Position numbers and translations under genes: made by a program. Shown here piece by piece: positions 26,320 to 39,500 of a stretch of 64,000 nucleotides of DNA. The DNA comes from Anthoceros angustus (taxonomy: Eukaryota; Plantae; Anthocerotophyta), in assembly GCA_010909165.1 (NCBI GenBank), contig MU008184.1, positions 248,001 through 312,000 on the forward strand, given 5' to 3'. The first letter of the stretch is position 1, and the number at the start of each line of letters is the position of its first letter. The notes below the pieces were generated by a model, which was given only the letters and a program-made list of their open reading frames with translations, had not been told where the DNA came from and searched no databases.

Positions 26320-29300
26320 TTACCAACCATAGACAGGGTTTTGAACACACGGAGGAGGAAGTCCCAAATCCTTGCACTGCTGCTCACTGAAGTGCATTGT
26401 GTCCGGAAGGGCACCAGCGACATATCTTGCAGCCTCGATTCCTGATAAGAAAAAGTGGGTGAAAGCTAGCGCACTATCCACTCCATCGGAAAGGTTGGGC
26501 ATGGACATGGATAGTGTCATTGTCTTTTTCTGTTTCCCACCAGCTTTGTAATCCACTGTACGCTTGGACGGAAGCCGGTCAATATCCGAACTATCAATAA
26601 ACCGGTCCGTTGCAGCTTCCCATGACAACAGATGCTGCTGCTCGGGTGATAGAGGAACCGGTTCAGACTCCATAGCCTTTTTCACCTTGTGCACAAACTC
26701 CTCTGCACTGTTGTATGTGTAGCAATTTGGGAAACCTCTGAAAAATTCGTTGGACGGGTGATCGGCACATACTACTATTTTGCCCATAGCCAGTGCCTCT
26801 GCTGTCGTCGTACAAACTACGTCACTTATACTGGGATTGATGAAGACCTTGTAGCTGCCAATTCTCCAGCAACATCCAACAAAGCACAAGTTTTAGCATA
26901 CTATCACAGGAAGACAATCACAGGAAAACAATCACCAGAGTTGAGAGGTACACTTCATGGAAACAATTTCAACTACTTACCCATGAAGAGAGTCATCAGC
27001 ATGGTCTCTGCCAGGGTAGAAGTTCATAGCTAAGCCTAGTTTGCTGGCTGTCGCTTGGACATCGAGTGAGTCCTCACCAGTTCCATAAACATCCAGGTTC
27101 ACATGACCAAGGAACTGCTTGTTCTGTGCCATCAAATCTACAAGTTCCCTGTATCCTTTTCCCCAGATCATCTTTCCCAAGAAGTAAGCCCCCTTCGAAA
27201 AGGGCTCCTTGCCACCATCCTTTTCTTCAGCAATTTTCTTCCCTATATCGAGGAACTTTGGACTCACACCATGCACATTGCAGACCGATGATTTTGGAAG
27301 CATCTGCGTCGCAGCTGACAGCCGCAATACCTGCAGCACGTGTCCATGTCAGCACATCACAAGAGAAACCATACATGGACAGGCATTCCCTTGGTGAAGC
27401 AGCAACGATGACCAGCAATACGAGGAGTTGATACAGGAAGGTCAAGGCCCACCAACCTTGTTGCAATATATACGAACCATCCAATTGTTCACATGTTCTA
27501 AGAAAAAAGCTTGCAGAGGTCCATTTTTCTCTCGCTTCACATACTCAAGATAATTTGTGTGCACCACGCCGACCACATGTTGGAACTTATCGGTCCAGCG
27601 CTTCCCATGATAATACCAAGTGAGATGCTCAGGCTCCTCCAACACTGCTACTTGAGCTTCATCATCTGGCACAAACTGAGAAATATCTCCAGCTGCCAGG
27701 ATGCTCCGCTTTTCAGTCGAAAACTGAGACACCAGTTTCAAGGTGAGATGATGTATTTGTGAAGAAGAGCAAACAGAGCATGGATAGACATTAAAGCCTA
27801 CAACTTCTCAAGCTATGCACCACGTGACACTTACTTTGCCTGGATAGAAAGCTATCTTGAAATCTGGTTTGAAACCAACCCTTGCTTCCACCCAATTGTG
27901 CACATATTTCGACTGCTCTTCAGGGGAATCAAACGTCATATTGTTGGGGTACACCAGCTCCTGGTCAGACTTGGACAACCAAGGGACCAAAAGAGTAACC
28001 ACCTTCTTGCCGCTCTTTGCTAGATATGCGGCCCGAAATAGTGGATTGACTGCAGTTCCTGTCATCCAGGGAAGACTTGCAGTCGTGATGATGGCAATGT
28101 TTTGTCTATCACCTTCTGCAGGAGGATTGGCCAGAGACTCCCCCCAAAGTCCACCCTTATGCCGGTAACCAGTGCTTTGCACAACACTAGCTATCCTTAG
28201 ATCCAGGTCATCAGCATCTTTGTTGGCATCTGATGGCAGAATCTCCTTGGTAGCCGATGTAGTTAAATGCTGATGGTCCTTCTTCTTGTAACTTCGCAGA
28301 ATTTCACAAAACTTCTCTGACACATCTGCACGAACATGATATTTAAATTGTAGCAATCTCACGATGCTAGTCGCCAACATACTAGAATGCATCTCACTTC
28401 AAAGGAGGGGCGCAAAGCTTGCCTTTCTTCACTCCAAGTTGGTCCAATAAAGGCTCAGATTGCCTCACCAGGCTCTCCAAAAGCTCTGGGACATCAAGTG
28501 GTGCCACATCGTTGGCAGCCTCATCCTGTAGAACAGGCACATCAGCACTGAAGCTACGGAAAAATATGGTAAAAAAACTTCAAGCATGAGGAGAAGGGTA
28601 AGCCAGGAGAGGATGAGAACTAACCTCTCCAGGCTCAGAAATGCCAAGCGAGAATCTCTGCAGAGAAAATGCACACACATCCGTTTAGTACGATATCCTT
28701 GAATGACAGTTCAGGGACAATCCATTATCTAGAGATCTGGAAAGAGGCACATCACGACTAAGTGCCGGACTCTGCAAAAGCCATCCACATTCAAAAAAGA
28801 GAGTTGCTAACTGCTGTGTGCAGCTGACTGCTAGAGGTTCCAAAGTCCAAACTCCAGATCGGAGCCACGGGCTACTTACCAGATTCTTCTTCACACTCTC
28901 AAAAAACTCGGAAGGCGACTTGGCAGCTGAATCCTTAAGCGTCTCCTTCATGCGACGCAACGGCTCCCAATCATCCGGCACGGGGTTCACTTTCCTAGTC
29001 CCCTTCTTGCCTTTCCCACTCTGCCAGTCTCGGTGAACAACTCTCCTTCTGGACAAGCTGGTGGGTGGGGCACCCCACTCGTTGCCGGCCTCTTTCCTCT
29101 CCTTCCTCTTGGGCTGCAAGAAGTTAAATTTGTCCTCCCACGGCACCAAAGAATCCCCCGGGGCCGACCCAGCCGGCCCTTCATCACGCCGCTTGTTAAA
29201 ATTGGGGTCAGAGTACGACCTCCTGATGTTCGACAGCGTGGGCTTGAGCTTCTTGAACAGCTCCATATCCTCCACCTGCGACGAAATAGCCGTCAAGGGC

Positions 29301-29590
29301 GACATGGACGTGAACGACAGCCCGGTGCGAGCATTATTGTCGCTCGTTCTGTTAAACAGGCTCTCGGACGCCTTGCTCTGCCCCAGCGGAAATGCTGGAA
29401 TCTTGAAACTCTCCCACTCCTTGTCCAGCGTGGTAGCAAGATCCCTGAACGACTTCGCCCTGGCCCGCATAAGTTGCAAGTCCCGATCCGCATGCTTCTG
29501 CACATCCGAAATCCTCTTGGAAATGAACGACATGGCCTTCTCCGCTGCAGCCGCACCTGGATCCGGCGAGTCCCCTATCCACGGCCCCAT
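26320..29590 (-). CDS. DGD1: Digalactosyldiacylglycerol synthase 1 (GT4), multi-exon, with long N-terminal extension
   Basis: [87 protein letters not shown]-terminal PVYGW. N-terminal [19 protein letters not shown] segment is typical of DGD1. Confidence 0.95.
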
Positions 29591-30262
29591 CCCTGCTGCT
29601 CCCCCTCCTTCCCTCCCACACTCACCAACCTCCCAGCAACCAAGCTACGTATACCTCTCTCTCCCGCAACACTCAACAACCTCGCTTCAGATGCCCAACC
29701 TAGCACACCCTCTTCCCACACCGCACGCGTCCTCCCCAAGCAAGCCGCCCCGCAGCTAGCCCCGCCCGCCTCCCGCAAGAAGCAGCCACAAAGCGCGCCT
29801 CCTCGCTGCCGCACGCTGCTCCAGCACATCCATGCGTTCCTTCTCCGGAAACAAAGATTCGTGAATCGTGAATAGTAGCAGTGAATCGCGAATCACGAAT
29901 CGCTCCGCCTACCAGGCTCCCCTCGAGCGCAAAGACCAGCGCGACTCCCTCGCGTCTCGAAAATGGATGAGTGTCTCATGTCCTGCCCTTCATGTCCATG
30001 CTGCGGCTTTCACGCTCGAGTCCGTGGCAGTCGCCAGGCGCAAGCGAGGCCACTTGTTGAACGCTCACAACACCCGCACAACAGCGGCCACTTGTTTTAA
30101 ATTGTCGCACTCGGATTTGCCTGCCTCGGCCCGACCCGCCCACGCCCACCTCTCAATACATATGGCCACCTCTGACATCCATATGACGCCCAGTCAACAT
30201 ATCACAGCGAGCGGGACCGATAAAATGCATCACATAATATACCGCAGGAAACCGAACCTCGG

Positions 30263-30468
30263 GAATATTCTACTTTCAGCCGGGCCCGGGCAGAGGATGG
30301 GATCAGGGCCCAGCCCGCCGCGGGGCCCGGGGCAATGGGATCGGAACCCGCCCGTCCCACCCGACCTGACCCGACCTGGCCTGGCCCGGCCCGTCCGGGC
30401 CCACGACCGCATTTTCTGGATGTGGCTTCGATTTGGGAGTTTTGCACATAGCAGCTTCCAGAACGCTC
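30263..30468 (+). promoter_or_regulatory. Heat-shock-element-like modules and GGGCCC/GGCCCA (site II-like) cluster in the DGD1/HOP divergent promoter
   Basis: GAAtaTTC 30263-30270; TTCcaGAAcgCTC 30456-30468; several GGGCCC/GGCCCA at 30282-30403; about 190-390 bp upstream of the HOP ATG. Confidence 0.5.
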
Positions 30469-30650
30469 CACAGAGTGCGCTGATCCATCCTTTCCATTCC
30501 CACACACGGAGAAGCGGACTTGTGAGGCGACCACGATTTCTGGAGCCGGGTTTGCGCTTTAGGCTGCTGCGTTGCAGTGCAGGGCGCGGGGCGTGAGGAA
30601 TTTGTGGGTTTGCGCGGCAAGAATTGGGAATCGGAGGGGTTGGGGGGTTG

Positions 30651-33172
30651 ATGGCGGACGCGGCCAAGGCGAGAGGAAATGCCGCGTTCTCGTCGGGGAA
30701 GTTCGAGGAGGCGGTCACTCACTTCACGGATGCTTTGAAGCTGGCACCGGATAACCACGTCTTGTACAGCAACCGCTCGGCGTCGTACGCGTCGCTGCAG
30801 CGCTACGATGAGGCGCTGCAAGATGCCAAGAAGACGGTGGAGTTGAAGCCGGATTGGGTGAGGGGGTACAGCCGCCTGGGAGCTGCGTACGTGGGGCTGG
30901 GCAGGGTGGAGGACGCCATTGCGTCGTATAAGAAGGGTCTGGAAATTGAGCCGGGGAATGAGGCCTTGCAGTCGGCTCTCAATGACGTTGCCAGCTCGCG
31001 CCCCCGGGGGGGGGCGGGATCGGGCGGTCCAGGGGCCGGGGCCGGGGCAGGGCCGGGCGGGGCGTTTGGGAATATGTTCAACAACCCTGATGTGTGGGGG
31101 AAGCTGCAGACAGACCCGCGGACGCGGCCATTCTTGGGGCAGCCGGATTTTGTGGCCATGTTCTCGGATGTGCAGCGGAACCCTAGTAATTTGAACAAGT
31201 ATATCTCGGACCCGCGGATGATGCAGGTGCTGGGAGTGTTGTTAGGGGTGAATATCTCTGCTTCGTCCCAGGACGGGGAGCGGAGGTTCGATGATGAGTC
31301 TGACAGCCCTGCGCAGTCCAAGCCCACTGCTTCGAAGCGGGAGGTGCCCAAGCCGACCGAGCCGGAGCCAGTGCCGGAGCCCATGGAGGTCTCTGAGGAG
31401 GAGCGGGAGAAGAAGGCTCGCAAGGCTGAGGCTTTGAAGGAGAAGGAAGCTGGAAATGCTGCTTATAAGAAAAAGGATTTTGAGAAGGCTATCGAGCATT
31501 ATACCAAGGCTATCGAGCTGGACGATGAGGATATTTCTTTCATCACTAATAGGGCTGCTGTTTATCTGGAGATGGGCAAAGTATGTTGATTTGACCGTTG
31601 TGGGCCTTGTAGGGATGTTTTGTACGAATTATGTGTGACTGCTTTCTCGTCTTTGCGACCAGACTCTAATGTGCTGTTTCTCGGTTTTTTGGTCTGTGCA
31701 GTATGAAGAGTCTATTAAGGACTCTGACAGAGCAGTGGAAAGAGGGAGGGAACTGCATGCGGATTACAAACAGATCGCCAGGGCTCTGACAAGAAAGGGC
31801 ACAGCCCTTGTCAAGTCCGCCAAAACGTCCAAAGACTTTGAGCCGGCTATTGAGGCCTATAACAAGGCTTTGACTGAGCACAGAAATCCTGATACTTTGA
31901 AAAAGCTGAATGAGGCAGAGGCGGCGAAGAGGAAGAAGGAGCAGGAAGAGTACTTTAGTCCGGAAGTGGCAGAACAGGAACGGGAGACAGGTAAGGAAGC
32001 TGCTCGCTTAAATTGTGGATTATCTATCGTGACGTGTTCTGCAATTTGTGGAGTGTGTGACCTGGTGCTTTGTGTACTCTCGGGTGAACCCTGTCTGTCC
32101 AGGGAATGAACTGTTCAAACAGGGACAGTTTCCAGAGGCACTGAAGCACTACACTGAGGCCATCAAGAGAAACCCTGAAGATCCTAAGGTCAGCTTGTCT
32201 CCTTGAAGTAATCTGAAGGAAACCTTGGAGAACCTTTGGTCAGCTTGTTTTCTTGAATTGGTCCCGTCTTTCCTTCCTGCGGAGCTATTCTTGTTTCTTC
32301 TCTCTAACCTGCATATAAGTCACTATGCATTTGAGAACAATTAGTGCTCATTCCGTGTTCTTGGTGGTCAGGCTTACAGTAACCGCGCAGCTGCGTACAC
32401 CAAGCTGGGGGCCTTCCCAGAGGGATTGAAAGATGCCAACAAGTGTCTAGAGCTTGATCCCACATTTGTGAAGGGGTATTCACGAAAAGGCACAATCCAG
32501 TTTTTCATGAAGGAGTACGACAAGGCCTTGGAAACCTACCAGGTATGAATGGGTGTTAATGGACATTCTACCTCCCGGACATTTTTCTTTCTCATTCGCC
32601 GCCGGCTGACTTATATACGTATGCACATCTCAGACCGGTCTGAAATATGAGGAGAACAACCACGAACTGATTGATGGCGTCCGCAGGTGTGTTGTTTGGC
32701 ATCTGACGGCTTTTCTTTCTAGATGGTGATGTTACCCAGGTGCTAATGCCTTTGAGTTTGCCTGACAACAGATGCGTAGAGCAAATCAACAAGACCAACA
32801 GAGGTGATATCAGTGCTGAGGAGCTGAAGGAACGACAGGTCTGTTGTCAAGCGGGTGCTCAGATTTTCTTTTCCTTCTGTGAGCATTGCTTGTGGCTGAC
32901 TTTTGACCCGGTGATCCTTAGGGGAAAGCCATGCATGATCCCGAGATTCAAAGCATTCTGTCAGATCCCATCATGCGGCAGGTATGTTTCCTTCAGATGT
33001 TGTGTCGATTTAAGGGAAACACCATGCTCCTTGGGATCTAATCACGTGTGGATTTCAGGTCCTCACGGATTTCCAGGAAAACCCAAAGGCCGCTCAGGAG
33101 CACATGAAGAATCCAATGGTGATGGCCAAAATCCAGAAACTGGTCAATGCAGGAATAGTTCAAGTTCGTTGA
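30651..33172 (+). CDS. HOP: Hsp70-Hsp90 organizing protein (HOP/STI1), TPR1-DP1-TPR2A-TPR2B-DP2, multi-exon
   Basis: [79 protein letters not shown]|[20 protein letters not shown]; TGA at 33170-33172. Confidence 0.96.
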
Positions 33173-33754
33173 TGTGAGCGGTGTGTGCGTTTGTGTGTCG
33201 AACTATGAGTTTTAGGAGGGCCAAGTTGGTGAAGAGAGTAGGCTTTGTAGGTACGAGTTATTACTGAGGTAGATAATTTTGGTAGACCCGTGGTCGATAA
33301 AGTTGGAAGAGGAATAAATTATCGGGAGCTGGTGATGCATTTAGTTGACGCTTAAGTGTGTAGTTGGAATTCGGGCATTCTTGTTTCCAGCTCTACCAAC
33401 GGTGTGTGTCACTGCCTTACATAGTTACGATTATAATAGCCGTTTTGGGCGTAGCAGTTTGAACTTCTGCTGGCCTGAGCGTCCGCCTTTCGTGTGTGCA
33501 TCGCTCAAGATTGCCGAGTCCTAAATTTAACCAGGGTCTTAGCGTAGCCTGAAAACCACATCAAAATTTGTGACGTTTTAAAAATTATTTTGATTAGGTA
33601 GGTATACACATAGTGTTCCTGCAACAGCACGCCGTGAGCTTTGGTGTAGCGACATGTTACCGTGAGCTTATGGTATAGTGACATGACAGCGTGTAAGCTG
33701 AGCTTTTGGTATAGCAACATGATAGCCTGTTAGCCAGTGAGGTTATGATAGCTC

Positions 33755-34165
33755 GTCAGCCACCGACGCTTTTATAGCTCGTTAGCTTGTCAGCCACTGA
33801 TGCTATAATACTTCGCCTTAGCTGCCACCATTGATGCTATTGGGTATAATTTCTCTCTAGCTCACGTACCATTGATGCTATTATACCGTCACCATTGATG
33901 CTATTATACCTCGTCAGCCATTGATGCTATTATACCTCGTCAGCCATTGATGCTATTATACCTCGACAGCCATTGATGCTATTATACCTCGTCAGCCCTT
34001 GATGCTATTATACCTAGTCGACCATTGAGTGATTATACCGTCACCATTGATGCTATTATACCGTCACCCAACGATACCATTATAGTCTTCGCCGCCCAAC
34101 GATTATTTATAGTTCGCACCCGACACTATCATAGTTCGTCCACTATCATAGATCATCAGCCACTG
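33755..34165. repeat. Degenerate ~23-26-bp minisatellite (CAGCCATTGATGCTATTATACCTCGT)
   Basis: About 8 clear units at 33870-34070 with decayed flanks. Confidence 0.85.
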
Positions 34166-35080
34166 ACGTTGAAGAGAGTTTGAGGATAGACTCGTTGAGA
34201 TTGCTGAGGATGTTGCGCTTGAGATTGTGTCTGTAGTCGTCAAGCCGCCAAGAGATGAAGGAACAAGTATTGGAATCCATGGTAGGTTTGTAGGCTTTAT
34301 GCTCCCTAAGAAGAAGTCAAGGCCAGGTGCCAATATATGTTAGGAACACACATGTTCTCTAGATCCCGCCTGGTGAGGATGTCCCCTATTTTTTTACTTT
34401 TGGCCTCTATTTTATCCTTCCCTTTCCCTTTTTTTCGCTCTTGCTAACCTACCCTTGGCATTTTTGCAGGTCGAGAAGGCCTTGAAAGAGGATCCTTTCA
34501 TATTTGACTATAAAAAATATGTGGAGGCTCGAAACAGTGCTAGAAGCATTCATGTCCAACGTGTTGCTCAAGAAGCTGCTATGCTCCGCTGGTTGTGTGA
34601 AGAGACGCATCTTGAACATGAGGTTTTTCAGTTTATCTTCGATCAGAACTTGTTGTCTCGGTTATGCATGATGGGTGATATACAAAGAGGTCTGCCAGAA
34701 ACGTGCCGGCAAATCTCCATCTTATAGGAACAAATGCGCTGGACATCCGGCGCATTTACATAATATGAGGAAATGTGTTGAACGTCCAACGTATTTATAT
34801 GAAATGAAGAAATGCTATATAAAACAAGAAAATGCGCCAGAAGTCAGGACATTTGGTCTTGCTGGAGAGTTCACTCTCACAGCTCGCTAGTCTGCTAGAG
34901 TTGAACAAAGATTGTTGCATGAGATCTGCTTTAAGTAAACACGATATCTCGTCAAACACTAACGTTGGAGATGAGTTTGTAGACGCTTTGCTTAATTTCG
35001 TCGAGGACGTCGAGAGTGGCAAGGAGAGTGCCAAGGATGCTGCCATAATTAAAATCCAACCATATTTGTCGTAAACAAAT

Positions 35081-35820
35081 ATTGATGGATCTTCTTTTAA
35101 GGCCTCGTCGGCATGGAGATGAGATTAACATAAGCAAAAATAAAGGCCGAAAGGATAATGTATGGGCCAAAGGAAACATTGCCTCAACGGACGAGAGCAA
35201 GGGAGAGTATTCTCCTCCAATAGGTTGGCACCTAGTAGCGTGACTTCTTATTAAAATAGAAATGCCTTTGGACGTCTAGCGCATTTCCTCATTTCATATA
35301 ACATTTTTCCTTTCATATCAATATTTGGACATCGGCATTTCTTTATACTATAAAATGCAACGGACGTCGAGTGGCGAGAGAGTGCAAAGATATTTGCCAT
35401 AATTCAATTCACCTATTTGTCGATCAAATTGATGGATCTTCTTTTAAGGCCTCGTCGGCATGGAGATGAGATTAACATAAGCAAAAATAAAGGCCGAAAG
35501 GATAATGTATGGGCCAAAGGAAACATTGCCTCAACGGACGAGAGCAAGGGAGAGTATTCTCCTCCAATAGGTTGGCACCTAGTAGCCGTGACTTCTTATT
35601 AAAATAGAAATGCACTGGACGTCTAGCGCATTTCCTCATTTCATATAGCATTTTTTCCTTTCATATCAATGCGCTGGACATCTGACGCATTTCTTTATAC
35701 TATAGAAATGCACCGGACGTCGAGAGTGGCGAGGAGAGTGCAAAGATGTTGCCATAATTCAATTCACCTATATTTGTCGTATCAAATATTGATGGATCTT
35801 CTTTTAAGGCCTCATCGACC
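35081..35820. repeat. ~350-bp tandem repeat, 2 full units plus a partial third
   Basis: ATTGATGGATCTTCTTTTAAGGCCTC at ~35081, ~35428, ~35788. Confidence 0.85.
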
Positions 35821-37019
35821 TGAAGATAAGGTAGGTATGGGTGAAACAAAGGCAGGAAGGGATACAATGTTCTATATTAATCAGCGTCCTCACGTTCTCA
35901 GTGAGCTCAGGCTTACATCCATTTGAGTTCTATATTTTGATGCGTGCACGCACAAGTTTGCGCACTGTCACGGTGAGTGCGCGAACTTATGCGCACACTT
36001 ACCTCAAGCTATCCGCTTTTTAACAAATACGAATTAACGGGATAAAGAACTGTGGACAAGGGACGTATGCTTTGGCCCCTCTTCTAGTCAGTTTGTAGGG
36101 GTTTCTATTTTTTTTGTGAGGATTTGTGTGTAAAATAAAGGATAAGCGTGGATAATAAGTCCTATCTAGCCGATGATGTCGGCGCGATGGCATCTCCGCT
36201 ATAAGCAAGGTCCGGAGGGGCTCCGGAGGACGTCCGCAGGTATGAAGAAAGGCAAGCTCTGGAGAAGCTCCATAGAAGGTCTAGAGGAGGTCCTGTGGAG
36301 ACGAGAAAAGCAAGTTCGAAGGAGTGGGTCGTGATTACGGAAGGTTGACACGTGGATGATGGCGAGGCGACCGACATGCAAGAGGCCAAGCGCCAGACGC
36401 GCCGCGATGGCGTGTGATAGTCACGACCCGAGGATAGGCACCCAAGAAGGCGAGGCCTGGCAGCAGACAAGATGTAGGGGGCGGCGATTGCGCGCAAAGC
36501 GACATCTTCCCATACACGCTGCACGCCCGCAGCGCATGACTAGGAAGAAGGAGACCCCCAGACTTGGTGTCTTGGCAGTTCTCTCAATCTCTCGCGCTTC
36601 CTCACCCGGCTCTCTGGCGATTGCCTTCCAATGCTTGAACGCTCCGTCTTCGAGGGCTCGGGCCTTCTCATCGCGCCTTTTCCCTTTGGGGTTAAGAACG
36701 ACATGAGTCGCGGCAGCGCAGAATCTACTCTGCGAGCGAGGCGACCAGCACAACGGCATAGCACCCAAGAAGGTAGCGGAGCCTCTGGAGCCTTGGATGC
36801 TAGTGGAGAAGAATACCACTACCAAACGCTACCTAGACTTCGGCATGTGGCTAGATGAAGCAGGCTAGCTTGTTCGGTAGTGGCACCTGGATGTGAGCTT
36901 GTTCGGATCCTGCATGCCTGGGGACATCACAACTTCCTTAAGGAGGGTGAGGAGGAACACGCGCTCCGCCAGGTACTATCTCACCTGATCGCAGGGAGAG
37001 AAGAGGAGGAGCATGGCAC

Positions 37020-37500
37020 TGTCATGCCGTGTGATACTTATCTCTGCACTTGGGTTTAGTGTTTTATTAGCATTAATTAATGTAATTACTTATCTTTAAG
37101 TAAGTAATTAATGTTAATTAATCTAAGGTGCTTATGTTAATTAAGTATTGATTAGTGTTAATAATCTAATGTGCTTATGTTAATTAAGCCTTGATTAGTG
37201 TTAATTAAACATAGTTAGCAATAGCTAAGTGGATAAGCTCAAGTAATATGCTTTGGCATATTCCTTGCATATTATAGTGTATTCTTAGGATATTTCCCGA
37301 TGTCACGATGCCAATAGATATCTTAGGAATATCAGATACCCAGTATATAGACCCTTCCATTGGCGATAAGATCATGAGCGCCTTCCTCTACATGCAAAAG
37401 AATCGTGAGGAGGCCAAAGCTGACTCCGCAGGAGATGTGTGAGAATTTGTTGTTCGCGTGGGAAGAGTGTGTTTGTGCCACGATGTGCGAGCTACTCCCT
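37020..37500 (+). mobile_element. 5' part of an LTR (family Y), inverted homologue of the solo LTR at 58502-59291
   Basis: Starts TGTCATGCCGTGTGATACT at 37020 and aligns to the reverse complement of ~58610-59124. Confidence 0.8.
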
Positions 37501-37509
37501 CCTGTTACA

Positions 37510-38170
37510 AGCTATGATCTCGTGTGTGTAGCGTGCTAGATAGGCGTGCTGGGCTTAGTGTGCTAGGCGATGCTAGGCGCTGGGCTTAGGCGTGCTGTGG
37601 CTAGCTAGGTGATGCTAAGCGATGCTAGGCGTGCGATGCTAGGCGTGCTAGCGTGCTAGGCCGCTCTTTAAGCAAGTAGGCAAGGGACTCTAGTGCTCCG
37701 GCGAGGCCAAGTCAAGGCCAAGGAGGCGAAGAAGCCCAAGTCAAGGCCAGGAGGCGAAGGCAGAGGCCAAGGAGAGGCGAAGCCCAAGTCAAGGCCAAGG
37801 AGGAGGCGAAGAAGCCCAAGTCAAGGCCGAGGAGGCGAAGCCCAAGTCCAAGGCCAAGGAGGAGGCGAAGCAGTCAAGGCCAAGGAGGCGAAGAAGCCCA
37901 AGTCAAGGCCAAGGAGGAGGCGAAGCCCAAGTCAAGGCCAAGGAGGCGAAGAAGCCCAAGTCCAAGGCCAAGGAGAGGAGGCCAAGTCAAGGCCAAGGAG
38001 GAGTCAAGGCCAGGAGGAAGCCCAAGTCCAAGGCCAAGGCCAGGAGGAGGAGGCGAAGAAGCCCAAGTCCAAGGCCAAGGAGGAGGCGAGCCCAAGTCAG
38101 GCCAAGGAGAGGCGAGAAGCCCAGTCAAGGCCAAGGAGAGGAGGCGAAGAAGCCCATAAGGAGAGGCGGC
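37510..38170. repeat. Low-complexity arrays: (GCGTGCTAG)-like 37530-37660 and purine-rich AAGCCCAAGTCAAGGCCAAGGAGG-like 37700-38170
   Basis: Directly visible; the overlapping ORFs are repeat artefacts. Confidence 0.8.
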
Positions 38171-38759
38171 CATAGGAGATGAGGCCTCCACTGGCCTTTT
38201 AAGGCCAACCAACCAAGGGAGAAACAAGAGTATTTTACTCTGGGCCCCGATTCCAAGGGATAAGGGAGAAGTGGATAGACATGGGTATGTCATCCATTTG
38301 ATTTCACTTTCTCGTCCAAAAGTCCTAGTTGTGCACCCCATCCAGTAATCGATCCACTCACGGTGCTTAACTATGGAGTTCTTATGCCTTGCTATCCAAC
38401 TCACCCACTTTTGATTGATAGCAGAGTATTTGTATGCAATTTAACATGCATAGATACTTAGAGGTTTCACTAATCACGATCTAAGATAGCGGGTGTGTTA
38501 ACCTTGATTAAGGGTTTGATCTAGCCACTAACCGCCTGAGTGCGACACACTCGATCCGGACGGAGCTACCAACCGAAGTCCATCGAGCGAATTCAAGTCC
38601 CGACCAAGAGAGAGAAGTGCTAACACCTCGATTTTGGTACCATAAGGACGGAGGAACCCAAACAATCAACAATCTTTGAAGGATCTGTGGAGTGGCAACA
38701 CACAAGACACGTTAGTGCCGCCGGACAACCAAGCGATAATGAGGAGGACTTGTCTTTAG

Positions 38760-39500
38760 GAGTCGCCAAGATGGGAGGAGACAAGGATCGAATGGAGTTG
38801 TTCATGACGAGCGGGCACCTTGCCACCGGAGGACTTCATCGAGAAATGCAGTGCGGTGTGTGCGGAGATGGAATTGAAGACCGGATACACGAAGCGATAC
38901 GCTTCATCCAAATGCCTCAAGTACTTGGGGATGAAGCATTGGCGTGCTATCGCGAGCACAAGGCGAGGTTGTTGAGCACATCCGGAGGACCAAAGTGAGA
39001 GTAGCTCAAGTTCGGAACCAAGGGTACGGAGCAAGGCACCGAGTGGGCACGATCCCATCAAGAGATGTTTGACATCTTCTAGTTTCCTCGCAAGCACGGA
39101 TGAGAAGATCTCCGGTGACACACTTCAAGATGAAGTCGCAAGACTCAAGATGGGAGAGACAAGGATCGAATGGAGTTGTTCACGGGGCGGCGGGCACCTT
39201 GCCTGGAGGACTTCATCGAAATGCAGTGCGGTGTGTGCGGAGATGGAATTGAAGCCGGATACGAGCGATCGGCTTCAAATCAAGTACTTGGGGATGAAGC
39301 ATTGGCGTGCTATCGAGCACGAGCACAAAGGTTTGGCGGCACACGGAGGACGGTGAGTAGGCAGTTCAAGCTCGAAGGAACCGGTCTGACGGAGGCGGTG
39401 TGGCAGTGGGCACGATCCCATCGAAGAGATGTTTGACATCTTCGGTGGAGTTTCTGCAAAGCGGATGAGAAGATCTCGGTGACACACTTCAAGATGAAGT
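38760..39500. repeat. Degenerate ~380-bp tandem duplication of an unidentified TE-like sequence
   Basis: GACAAGGATCGAATGGAGTTGTTCA and GAAATGCAGTGCGGTGTGTGCGGAGATGGAATTGAAG occur at ~38780/38843 and ~39158/39218. Confidence 0.7.

Noticed and set aside
29033-31423. Long antisense/alternate ORFs overlapping DGD1, the promoter and HOP
   Set aside because: Shadow ORFs of GC-rich coding and promoter sequence.
37693-38404. Long ORFs over the purine-rich repeat (also ORFs in the GC arrays and 51272-51940)
   Set aside because: Low-complexity repeats lacking stop codons; no protein signature.
37503-38700. Separate nested LTR (TGTTAC...GCAACA)
   Set aside because: No matching TSD, PBS or second copy in the window.
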